In this document: positions 12,534-22,749 of the stretch, piece after piece
How positions within the stretch are numbered: position 1 is the stretch's first letter
Layout: the number at the start of each line of letters is the position of its first letter
Source of the DNA: Azolla caroliniana
Lineage: Eukaryota; Plantae; Polypodiophyta
DNA: 64,000 nt
Assembly (NCBI GenBank): GCA_043228905.1
Contig: JBHGNT010000008.1
Span: forward strand, 9,548,001-9,612,000
Reading direction: 5' to 3'
The notes under the pieces: generated by a model
Told to the model about the DNA's origin: nothing
Databases searched by the model: none
The model's input: only the letters and a program-made list of their open reading frames with translations
Position numbers and translations under genes: made by a program

Positions 12534-12636
12534 CATTTTTTCTCCTTGGCCGAATTTGACTTTGGCCTGTTCTCTAAGCTGTATTTCCCAAGAAATGGGC
12601 TTCGGGACCATCATCAATGGAGAGTTCCATTGGTTT

Positions 12637-13197
12637 TCATTGGATGTCTTCCGCCAATATCATCATGATTGCCTCGTCTAGTGTTAACTTCGACGAGCCA
12701 TTGGTGATGGTTGTGCAAAAGACATCCCAACTTGTTGGCAGGCTCGGAAGAAGAGCAAGGGCTTTGATTTCTTCGTCAAAGTTCAACCCTTGTGAGGAGA
12801 GTTCAGCCAACACCCAATTAAAGATGTTGATGTGAGAGGTCACTGGCTCCGTCTCCTTCATCTTCATATTGAACACTTGCCGGATCAATATGAATTTGGC
12901 TGAGGATGACTTCTTCTCGTATACGGTTTGTAGCTTCTCCCATAAGGCGAATGTCACCGTCTCTTTAACCATACTAAAGTAGACGTTTTCAGCCAGATGT
13001 ATCCTGATAGTCGACCTTACAATTTCGTCGAGTGATCGCCATTCTATTGCTGACATCTCTGTCAGCTTGTTGTTATGCTGAATCGCCTCTATTTGGCACC
13101 GGATGGTCAACAAATCTTGCATCATTTCCTTCCAGAGGGCAAAATAATTGCCGTCAAACTTATGTATTTCGTAGCTAGTTTTGAATGTCAAAGCCAT
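12637..13197 (-). pseudogene. Copia gag (UBN2-type) fragment
   Basis: KFDGNYFALWKEMMQDLL, ALWEKLQTVYEKKS and ALALLPSLPTSW motifs. Confidence 0.85.
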
Positions 13198-15202
13198 TGT
13201 TATGATGGAAGTATATATTTGGCCTGGTCCTTTCCTTCAAGTGATTTTTCTTCTTGTTCTTGTTGATGCCGCTCAAATCCAAGTCACTCTGATACCTGTT
13301 GATAATTCTATGTGAGCCGGTTATACTTGTACTTAGTCGGTTTGTGTGGAATAGGATCTTGGATATGGAGTTGGCAAACAAATAACAAGGTAGAATATGT
13401 TGCATTATTAATTTTAGAGATCAAGATTCAAATGCAAGAAAACAGAAAGAAGACAGTTACACCGTTTACGCTCAAGAAGATTGAAGCATTACATTTCCCT
13501 CCGAACTCATGTACAAGGCTCAATCTCTCACTTTTGTAGTTAGGTTAACTAAACCCTAACTATGAGGACGTGTTCACACTAAGAGTACATATGAGGTGGA
13601 GTGGGACTTTTAGCCCAACAAGTGACATATAGATATATTAGTAACTACCATTAGAAATCATATAGATATATACATTGTTATGGTCAAGGAACGTGGGGTA
13701 TTGATGCAAGCTATGAGTTGGGGTTGCACCAATGGAGGGAAGAGAATTTCGGTTCATATCTAAATGTAATGAGTGTTTTTGATGTTGCGGCCGTAAACTA
13801 TCGAGCGAACAACATCAGCTACGGTGACATAATTTGTGGTAAGTACTAAGTAACGTCCATTATGTGGGGACCAATACAATGCATTAATTAGATAGGGTCC
13901 AGAAATTAATATGAAGAAATTGGGGGGGGGTTCATACCTCAAATTCAATGGCTTCCGTGAATGATGAAGAGAAAGGGGGGGAGGGTTGGGGTATATATTT
14001 ACTTGTTTTAAGAATTTGTGAGAAAGATTTGAGAGGGGTAGATCTTGTAATTCTCTATATTCAGAATATATATATGTATGTTATATTTCTGATGAATTTG
14101 TATTTTAAGTTTGAAAAATTTGAAGCCAAGCGGCATTCAGCAGAGAGGACTGCCGGTTACCCTCTCAGTTTTCCATCTCCTCCTCCCCCATTCTTCTCCA
14201 TCAAAGGTTTTCCTCTCCTTCTCTGAGTTTATTTGTTGATCTTTTCTAAAAGAAATTCTATGTTTTCTTTTCATTTCTGAACCATAACTCTCCATCCTTG
14301 AAATCCGTAAACCTGTTTTTTGTTTTTCTTTTTTCTTTCTGTTCCTGTATGCTTTTAAACCCTAAATCTTGAAATCCCTGAAACGAAGTTATCCGTTTGA
14401 TTTTGTTTTCGTTTCTCCTTTTCAATTGAAGATCCCACCCGCATGTATTTTCACACAAAAATAGTGAGTTGTAACTCGCCCAAGAAAATTGAAGTAAATG
14501 AGATTCAAGAAAAGAGAAGAATTCGTACAAAAAGAAACAGAGGACATAGTGTGAAGAAAAAGGCTTGCAGCAAGATGAAATTTCTTGAAGGAAAAGGCTT
14601 GAAAACGGTGAAACTGTAGAGCAAGATGTATATGAGATTGTATAAATAAAGGGATTTTAAAAAACAATTTCTTTAGGCCAGTTTGTATTTAGTTCAAGAA
14701 TATGTAGATAAGATTATATGAAAAATATAATGTGAAAAGACTGTTATATTTTGTTCATGGAGGTAAAGAATGTACCAGAAACAGTGGAAATCTAGAAGAT
14801 GTAGATGAGATTCCATGCAGTAAAAGGGTTGGAAAAAGAATTTCACGTAGGTGATTTCTGAACTGGCCGACTTGATTAAAGGAGATAACATTTTACTAAT
14901 GCAATTATAAAATAGACACACGAGATTGTATGAGGAAAATGATTATCAGTAGGTCATTCCAAAGGGGGTTGATTTGGTTCATGGATGGAAGAGTCTACCA
15001 CTAGGATTGTAAAAGAAGTAGATGAGATTGTATGAGGGAAAGGGTTTGCAAAGATGTTCATCGGTTCATTTAAAAAGTGGCCTATCTGGTTTAAAATGTA
15101 GATGAGGTTCTCTGAAGTAAAAGACTTGCAAAAAAAGACTTTTATTGGGCCATTTCGAAAGCATGCTATTTGGTTCATGGAGGCAAGAGTGCGGAAAAGG
15201 AA

Positions 15203-18200
15203 ATGGATATGGAGTCGAAGACCTTTTGCCAGAATCTTGAACACGAGATTCTTGGAGTAGAATCAATTGAAGATATCATTGATGTGGAAAATGAGATGGG
15301 ATTTGGAGAAGGAGAGGATTGGGGGGGTTCCGAAGAGTTAGATTCTGCAAAGCTTGCTGTATTGAAGCAATCCAAGCATATAAGTAGTCGCAATGATGGC
15401 TTCCAATGTACGCAAACACGAAACAATATCCCACCCAGAAGACAGATGACCATCGTTGCACCGACCTCTTCATTTGACAGAGGACAACCAAACATTAATA
15501 AAGATGTTGTATCTTTTGATCATCTTCATCAGGACCACCTCATAAAAAATGGTGGTGATGGACAGAGCAAGTCAATGGTAGTGATTCCTCTTGCCTCTTC
15601 ATCTGATGATGCACGAGCCAATAACAATAAAGATGTAGCTTTTTTATCGTTTGATCAGCAATGCGGCCGCCCCGTCCGAGGACTGAAAGATTGCAAATCA
15701 ATGACCACGATTCCTCTGTGCTCTTCATCCAGCGGTGGGCAATCCAACGTTAATGAAGATGGAAATGTTATACCTTTTGGTAATCACGGCGACCATGTCG
15801 TCCAAGAACTGGAAGGTTTTGGACAAAATAAATCAATGGAAGTGATTGCTATGGCTTCTTCATCTGATTGTGGTGATGATCGATTAGAATCTGTAGGGCC
15901 CAACAAGAATAAAGATGTAGATGTTGTATTTTTTGAACATCGTCACCTACTGGAAGATCATGATTTCCAAAGGACTGTGATCACCCCGGCTTCATCATTC
16001 AATGGTGGTGATGGTCAAAAATATGATCAAAAGATTGCAATTACAGAAATTTTTGAGCATGAAAATAAAGATCTTCCTTCCTGTGATGTTGTGGAGAGTG
16101 TGCAACGTAAGGCCAAAGCTGCACGGAAAGGCATCTTGAAATGGCAAGGAAAGAAAAAGCTCATCATAGAAGCAAATGAGCAATGTGCTTACAATGATGA
16201 AAATGTTCACGATTTGGGCACTGAGGCTGATTGTAGCAGCTATTCCTTATCCAATGGCAATGCAGTAAAGGTCAGTTTGAGGTCACAAGGAAAGGAAGGA
16301 CACATGATAGAAATGACAGAGCAAGGTTACAATGACGAAAGTGCGCTTGATTCCCATGCCAAGACAGATTATAACAGCTTTTCATCTCAAGTCAGAATTA
16401 TGCATGATAGTATCAGGGGCGAAATTGATAATGAAACAAAGTCGGATGCTTGTGAAGAGGGGATCACAAGACAAAAACAAGAGAAGCAAGAAAGATCTCG
16501 TGGTTTAAACAGGGTGAGGTTCTCTCTGGATTGTGATACGGCACAGCATGCCATGGATTATTCAAAGAAGAGCGTTGTGGGTTTGATGGTTCAAGACCAA
16601 GGTTGTGTGCAAAAAGAGCTTCATTGGAGATTTGGTGGAGCAAACCGCAGTGAACACTCGGGTTATAGCATAGATAGAGGAGTTTCTAGAGCGGGGATAT
16701 CATCAAAAAGGAGAGAATTGACAATAAGGGAGAGTTTGCAGGATCCAAGTCTAGACTTGGAAAGATCAATTGAGATGAGAGAGGATAAAAAGACAATCCG
16801 GTTAGCAAATGAGAGAATCGAAAGATTGGAAGTTGGGTTGCTAAAGCAGCACGAAATCGTGGCTAGTATGAGGCTATGTCTCATATCTGAGAGTGCGAGA
16901 GATTTTGGAAAGATCAGAATGCTTGTAGATTCGTTGGAGAAAAATATTCGGAAGCTTAACATTGCGAAATCTCGACATTCAGCTGAAAGCCATCAGTTAA
17001 AAATCAGGTCGGAGCAGATAGAGAAGCTGAAAGCTCAGTGTAATCTTTTGAATGCAGATAAGGAAAAGCTTAGGAAAAGGCTCCAAATTGCTCTTGACAG
17101 CCCCAAATGTAAGGAAAAAGAGCAAGAAGTACATCCAATGGAGCAAGAGAAAGTTTTGCAAAGAAGAGTGAGCGAGCTAGAAAAGGCTCTTGAAGGTTGT
17201 CAGACCAAACCTGTCAAAGCTAAGGAGAAAGAGTACAAAGTACTGACAATGGAGCGAGAGAAAGCTTTGGAGCAAAAAGTGAAGGAACTACAAAAGTCGC
17301 TTGAAGATTGTCAGACCAAACTCAAGAGCTCGAAATCTAAGGAAAAAGAGCATAAAGCGTTGACAAATGAAAGAGAGAAAGAATTGGAGAGAAGAGTGAA
17401 AGAGCTAGAAAAGTCCCTTGAAGATTGGGAGACAAAACATGTACCGGAGAGCTCCAATTTGAAGGAAAGAGAGTATGAACCATCCATAAACGAGCGGGAG
17501 AAAGTTTTGGAGAGAAGAGTGAAGGAACTAGAAATATCTGTTGAGGGGCAGATCAAATATATCCTCGAGAGCTCCAAATCCAAGGAGAGAGAGCAAGAAG
17601 CATTAGCAACTAAGGGAGAGAAAGCGTTGGGGCAAAGAGTGAAAGTATTAGAAAATTTTCTACTTGAAAGCTTCGTATCTAAGGGAAAAGAGTATGAAGC
17701 ATTGATAATGGAGAGAGAAAATGCTTTACAGATAAGAGTTAGGAAGCTAGAAAAGTCTCTTGAGGATTGGGAAGCCAAAGTTGCAGTTGAGAGCTCTGAG
17801 CGAGAGAAAGTGCTGGGGGAAAGAGTGAAAGAGTTAGAAAAGTCTCTTGAAGAGTGGGAGACCAAACTTTTAGTTAAGAGCACTGAGCGAGAGAAGTATT
17901 TGCAAAGTAAAGTGATGGAACTTGAAAAATCTGTTGAAGATTGGGAGACCAAACATGTAACTGAGAGATCCAAAAGAGAGAAAGCTTTGGAGACGAGAGT
18001 GAGGGAGCTAGAAACATGTCTTGAAGATTGGGATACTAAGCTTTTGAATGAGAGATCCAAAGCTAAGAAAGGAGAGCAGGAAGTATTGACAACAGAATGG
18101 GAGAAAGCCCTAGAGACAAGGATGAGAGAACTAGAAAAATCTCTTGAAGATTGGGAGACCAAACTTGAGACCTCCAAATGTAAGGAAAGAGAGTATGAAG

Positions 18201-19750
18201 CATTGACAATGGATTGGGAAAAAGCCTTGGAGAGAAGAGTGAAAGAGCTAGAAAGTTTTCTTGAAGATTGGGACGCCAAGGTCAAGAAGAGTGACTTGGA
18301 TTGTGCTTTTGAGAGGGGAGCTATCGAGGAGAAAGCCACTGTATGCCAGATGGATTGGGAAAGCCAATGCCAGAAATGGGCGTTGAAGTTGAGGGACAGA
18401 GAGACTGAACTATCCCGATTGAAAGCATCGGAAGAGAGACTCATTGAATGTTTGGTCTTGTGCAGCAAATCAATGGAGAAACTAAAGAAGGAAGCTGTTT
18501 CTCAATTGCAGTTGATGGGTGAAGATGTAGAAAGAAGTATCGAGGAACATGAAGCTGCACTAGAGGAAGAAAAAGAGAAAACCTTGACCGCTTATAGTGA
18601 AGATATAGATGCTATTGAAATGACCCAAAAGATTCAAACTGGCATCGAACATGTCCAGAATCTGCTTCATGAAATATCTTCAGAAATCCATGGTAAACAT
18701 TGGTCTCGGACACAAGATCTTTGTGAGGAAACCCAAGCTTTACAGGAAAAGGTCTCTCAAACATTCGAGTTAATGATGGCTCTTAAACAAGAAATGAAGT
18801 CAAAAGAAGATCAGTTCAAGGAAGAAAATGAGAAATATACTCGTCTAGTTGTCATTAAGACAAGACAAGTGGAGGCTTTGGAGGGTCAGCTTGTGGAAAA
18901 GGAGCAAGATATGGAAAGCTTTGTGCAAGAGCTGAAGGATGAAGTGAGTCTTCTCAACAAAGAGCTTGAAAGAGAGCACAATGAAAGGTCAAAGCTCTTG
19001 CATGACTTGTATTCTCAGGGGAAGATGATGCAACCAGTGATGAAAGGGACACTGAAGGAACAAGACAAAGGCGACAAACTAAACTTTTTGAAAGAGAAGT
19101 TGGAGGAAATGAAAGATGCTTTATTTATGAAAGAAAATAGGATCTTGTCACTAGAAGAGGAAGTGAAGATAAAGGCTGCTTTACTAGTGCAGGAAAAACA
19201 AAAGTGGAACATGGCAATCAAGGAAGTGAAGCAAAAAGCAGCTCGAACCATTCTTCGTTTTGCACACCGGAAAGAGAATGGTCTTTTAGAACATCTGCAA
19301 GAAAGAAGAAAAGCACAAAGAGCAGCTGACGAAGAAAGTATTCATGCACATAAAACCTATGATGACGACGACGACAAAGAAGAAAAAGGACACCCTTGTA
19401 CTGCCACAAAAAGTAGCTTGCAAACCCATCTAGGTGTGAAACCGAGTCATGAAAGAAAACATTGTACTCTGGAGGTCAATAGTCCAAGCATCTCAATCTG
19501 CTCTGCTGATTTGTCGGTTTATGAAGACACAAGAAACTCCATTGAGCCTCATAGAATGAAGATGAATCTAGAGAGAGAGTCAATAGGAAGAAGCGATGTT
19601 AAGGTCATTCCCAGGGCTTATTGCATTGAAGGGATGGAGTCTTCCCATATGGAAGACTTTGAATTGCCCGAGACAAAGCGAGATTCGAAACGAGAGATTT
19701 TAAAGCTTTTGCAGAGGAAAAGGTGCTATGAGCAAAAACAATGTATTTAG
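15203..19750 (+). CDS. Large intronless repeat-containing coiled-coil protein of unknown function (~1515 aa from first ATG)
   Basis: Uninterrupted 4.5-kb ORF amid decayed TEs; E/K/L-rich heptads; ~10 repeats of EREKALERRVKELEKSLEDWETK; no TE motifs recognised. The start is uncertain (ORF track starts at TTG 15170). Confidence 0.8.
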   Translation: MDMESKTFCQNLEHEILGVESIEDIIDVENEMGFGEGEDWGGSEELDSAKLAVLKQSKHISSRNDGFQCTQTRNNIPPRRQMTIVAPTSSFDRGQPNINKDVVSFDHLHQDHLIKNGGDGQSKSMVVIPLASSSDDARANNNKDVAFLSFDQQCGRPVRGLKDCKSMTTIPLCSSSSGGQSNVNEDGNVIPFGNHGDHVVQELEGFGQNKSMEVIAMASSSDCGDDRLESVGPNKNKDVDVVFFEHRHLLEDHDFQRTVITPASSFNGGDGQKYDQKIAITEIFEHENKDLPSCDVVESVQRKAKAARKGILKWQGKKKLIIEANEQCAYNDENVHDLGTEADCSSYSLSNGNAVKVSLRSQGKEGHMIEMTEQGYNDESALDSHAKTDYNSFSSQVRIMHDSIRGEIDNETKSDACEEGITRQKQEKQERSRGLNRVRFSLDCDTAQHAMDYSKKSVVGLMVQDQGCVQKELHWRFGGANRSEHSGYSIDRGVSRAGISSKRRELTIRESLQDPSLDLERSIEMREDKKTIRLANERIERLEVGLLKQHEIVASMRLCLISESARDFGKIRMLVDSLEKNIRKLNIAKSRHSAESHQLKIRSEQIEKLKAQCNLLNADKEKLRKRLQIALDSPKCKEKEQEVHPMEQEKVLQRRVSELEKALEGCQTKPVKAKEKEYKVLTMEREKALEQKVKELQKSLEDCQTKLKSSKSKEKEHKALTNEREKELERRVKELEKSLEDWETKHVPESSNLKEREYEPSINEREKVLERRVKELEISVEGQIKYILESSKSKEREQEALATKGEKALGQRVKVLENFLLESFVSKGKEYEALIMERENALQIRVRKLEKSLEDWEAKVAVESSEREKVLGERVKELEKSLEEWETKLLVKSTEREKYLQSKVMELEKSVEDWETKHVTERSKREKALETRVRELETCLEDWDTKLLNERSKAKKGEQEVLTTEWEKALETRMRELEKSLEDWETKLETSKCKEREYEALTMDWEKALERRVKELESFLEDWDAKVKKSDLDCAFERGAIEEKATVCQMDWESQCQKWALKLRDRETELSRLKASEERLIECLVLCSKSMEKLKKEAVSQLQLMGEDVERSIEEHEAALEEEKEKTLTAYSEDIDAIEMTQKIQTGIEHVQNLLHEISSEIHGKHWSRTQDLCEETQALQEKVSQTFELMMALKQEMKSKEDQFKEENEKYTRLVVIKTRQVEALEGQLVEKEQDMESFVQELKDEVSLLNKELEREHNERSKLLHDLYSQGKMMQPVMKGTLKEQDKGDKLNFLKEKLEEMKDALFMKENRILSLEEEVKIKAALLVQEKQKWNMAIKEVKQKAARTILRFAHRKENGLLEHLQERRKAQRAADEESIHAHKTYDDDDDKEEKGHPCTATKSSLQTHLGVKPSHERKHCTLEVNSPSISICSADLSVYEDTRNSIEPHRMKMNLERESIGRSDVKVIPRAYCIEGMESSHMEDFELPETKRDSKREILKLLQRKRCYEQKQCI

Positions 19751-22145
19751 GCTTTCTTCCAGGTTCAAGTTGCATGGAAAGAACAAAGAAAGACAGTAGG
19801 TTTTCAAAGCTTAAGGAAAGAAGGTTATATGATGTGAACAGCAATATATTTTACTTACATTGCTTTGAAGGTTGAAGTCAGGATAATGAACAATATTCCT
19901 TGTATCGGCAGTGAAGGTATCGGAAGGTATGTGCAATATTCCTTGTATTATCAAGATTCATGTCAGCTGTTGAGCCTTGCTCTTTTTAAAGATTGACATG
20001 TGTAATTTTGCCAAGTGAATGGTGTGAGTGAGTTCATACATAAAACACCGTAAACCTTTTCATTTCTGACCTCTTCGTGCACCTTTTCCAATGTGGAGCT
20101 TCTTTACTTCCATTAGTCTTTGGTGTATAACTTGATAGGGCCACTCATACATACATGAGGTTTCTTTTTTGAGGGGCTAGTGACACCTGCATCCTACTGT
20201 ACATATGTAACACGGGAAATGGTTTGTTCTAATGGTTGATTTCTCTCCATGGAAAATGGATTATGCATGCTCATTATAAGATTTGATCAATTCTCTTATC
20301 AGCTGCTATCTAGATCATGTTATTTTTGTTTATTGGAATCTTAACAAATTTCACACTTCATGGTAGATTTAATATTATCCTTATCAATTTTATCTTCATT
20401 TCTATTAATTATTTCTCTTAATGTGTAGAGCTAAGCATGTCAACATCACAGAATATTAGTCACGTCTACAATAAGATTTCCTAAGATTTTAAGATATTTG
20501 ATGGCAAATTCTTGGGCTATTTTTCGCCATATTTCTATGAGGCTTGTTCCAACCAGGTTTGTGGTAGGTACATGTGGTCCATGCATATGAATGTTATGGC
20601 TGCATGGTCGTGTAATTATGGCACATTTATAAATTATGATCATAATGCTGAAATGGAATGATTTGAACTTTGATGTGCACATGATGCGGTTAATGCTTAA
20701 TGATGTTTGTGCATTTTTGTGTGCATTCAGAAAATGTCATGTAGCTCCATAATGGGTCAGATGAAGTAATGTATGGCACCATGAAATGTATGAGTATTAC
20801 ATGTATCCTCATTTATGGTTTATATGTTTATATTTCTTTCAAAGATAAATATAAAGAATGAAAATATGATATATAGGATGAGGTAATAGGGAAAAGTGTT
20901 TATGGTCATGCTATAGATAAGCGTGCATTCATGCAAACTAACTAGTGGCAATTGTCATCACATTACGTCTACTTGGATATATTAAACACTAAATTCCCTT
21001 CCTACTAAAATCATAACCCCCATTTGCATGTTATCTGATCCAAACTTGTTTACATTAAATGGTGATGAAACTACGTTGTGTGGCACTGGATATTCAGAAG
21101 TGGTTTGCAGGAGCTAATATGGATTGAGGCAGATAATAATGAATGGAGCATAGTATATAATACCTTTTAAAATGATGGTAAATATTTTGAAATATAGTAC
21201 AAATTTTTCGTAGTCATTATAAAGTTGTGAAAACAGTTAATATGCCAAGTCATGATGAAAGACATGAAATCAATATACAAATAAGTGTTTTATTTGGCAC
21301 ACCTGCACACAAATAAGTGAAATATACTTGCATCTCTCAAGAATTAGATATCCAAGAGATTTAGGCAATATCTCTACTAAAATATGACTGCAACTTCTCA
21401 ATCTTGTAATGCCTCATGACATGAAGCACAACCAATGGCCCTCAACTTTGCAAGGAAAGCCCAAATGTAGATGTGGTATGAATTATCATTTGTCGAACGT
21501 CATTGATTGTTGTCAAAAACTTGTTTTTAACCTTGAGAATAATAAATAGATTCAATTATTAGCAAATATTCCACAAGAAAGAATAATTAAAATTTGTGGT
21601 ATTAAGGTATACAAAACTTTGCCATAGGAAGTTGTAAATTTCTAATTTGTATTAAACTTAGAACGAAGGTTGATCAATTATATGTTTGTTTACTAATACA
21701 TATACTACTCGTAATATCATGGTAACCACCACCACCACCATAATTATTATGATGACACTCATCCCCCATCCTAAACCCATTGTAATGCTTATTGTCAAAC
21801 CCAAATATGTAATGCTGCAATGGCAATAAATTTAAACTTGCAACCTATTTTGAATAATAAAAACTCTTATTGAGAATTCCTAATCTTGATTGAATCTTAC
21901 TACCTCTGCTATTACCTTGCATCTACCAATAACGTATAGGTAGTCAAAACATATTTGATTTTGGATTTTTTGCAAATTTAGTAGATAATTGTATTATCAT
22001 CTTTTGACGTGTTTATATAGTGTTCATGTTCATGATTGTCCTTAATATCAAGTATATACATATTCACAAGTGTAATATTGACCGTTCATGTAGTGCATGA
22101 AATGATAATTCCGAACCTTAGTAAGAAACCAATAAAGCAAATTAC

Positions 22146-22316
22146 CTGAACAGTTAATGTTTGGAAAATGTAATTGCCATGTGAAGTGATGTTTGAGGTC
22201 AAAATATGAATTTCAATAGCTTCCATAGCTCGACATAGTTGAACCAACACATTATCGTTTTTCTTGCAATGTATGAGAATGTGGTACAATTGCTTCTCAA
22301 TTTGGGATACATGCAC
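22146..22316 (-). CDS. bHLH gene exon 3 (ACT-like C-terminal domain)
   Basis: CAG|GTG acceptor at 22317-22318 and CAG|GTAAT donor at 22145; 171 nt, phase 0; VHVSQIEKQLYHILIHCKKNDNVLVQLCRAMEAIEIHILTSNIT resembles bHLH ACT-like domains. A final exon was not located with confidence. Confidence 0.72.
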
Positions 22317-22749
22317 CTGTACACATACACAATAAATATTTAACATTTCCTCAAAATAAAACACAATAGAAAATAAGTAGTTTCAACTATTTCCCTTGTG
22401 ATGGGGTACAACTTCAAAGTGTAATATAGTTATTATAATTACTACACAATTTATCCGGTCATGAAAAGTTTGTACACTTCATCCCCTTATAAAAATGGGG
22501 CCAATCGCCTAAAGTGTAGTACTTGTTTTCAACTTTATAGTTAGAATTTCAACATCTTCATATTTGATGGTGTTCTATTCTAAAGCATTTAAAGCATCCA
22601 TGCCAATTATCAAGCTATATCATTTTTAGAATAGGTAGAATAGTAAAAGAGCACAATGCCAAACTTCATAATGTAGAAGCTAAATGTGAGAGATGTATAA
22701 GCCAAACATGGATTCACAATGAGAAATGGACACAAAGAGATAGAGAGGA

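Larger units (their letters stand above)
11414..13620 (-). mobile_element. Ty1/Copia remnant: LTR, PBS, gag, zinc knuckle, protease; interrupted by a solo LTR
   Basis: Putative LTR 13297-13620 (TGTTG...CCAACA); GGTATCAGAG PBS 13287-13296; gag 12637-13197 (KFDGNYFALWK); CTHCRKAGH ~11925-11955; WLLDLGATFH protease 11422-11760. Confidence 0.82.

Noticed and set aside
17311-18468. 385-aa S/L/F-rich minus-strand ORF
   Set aside because: Antisense shadow of the repetitive E/K-rich coiled-coil ORF.
20446-21470. Terminal exon of the bHLH gene
   Set aside because: Several possible AG acceptors (e.g. ~21303), but none gives a convincing conserved peptide; left unassigned.
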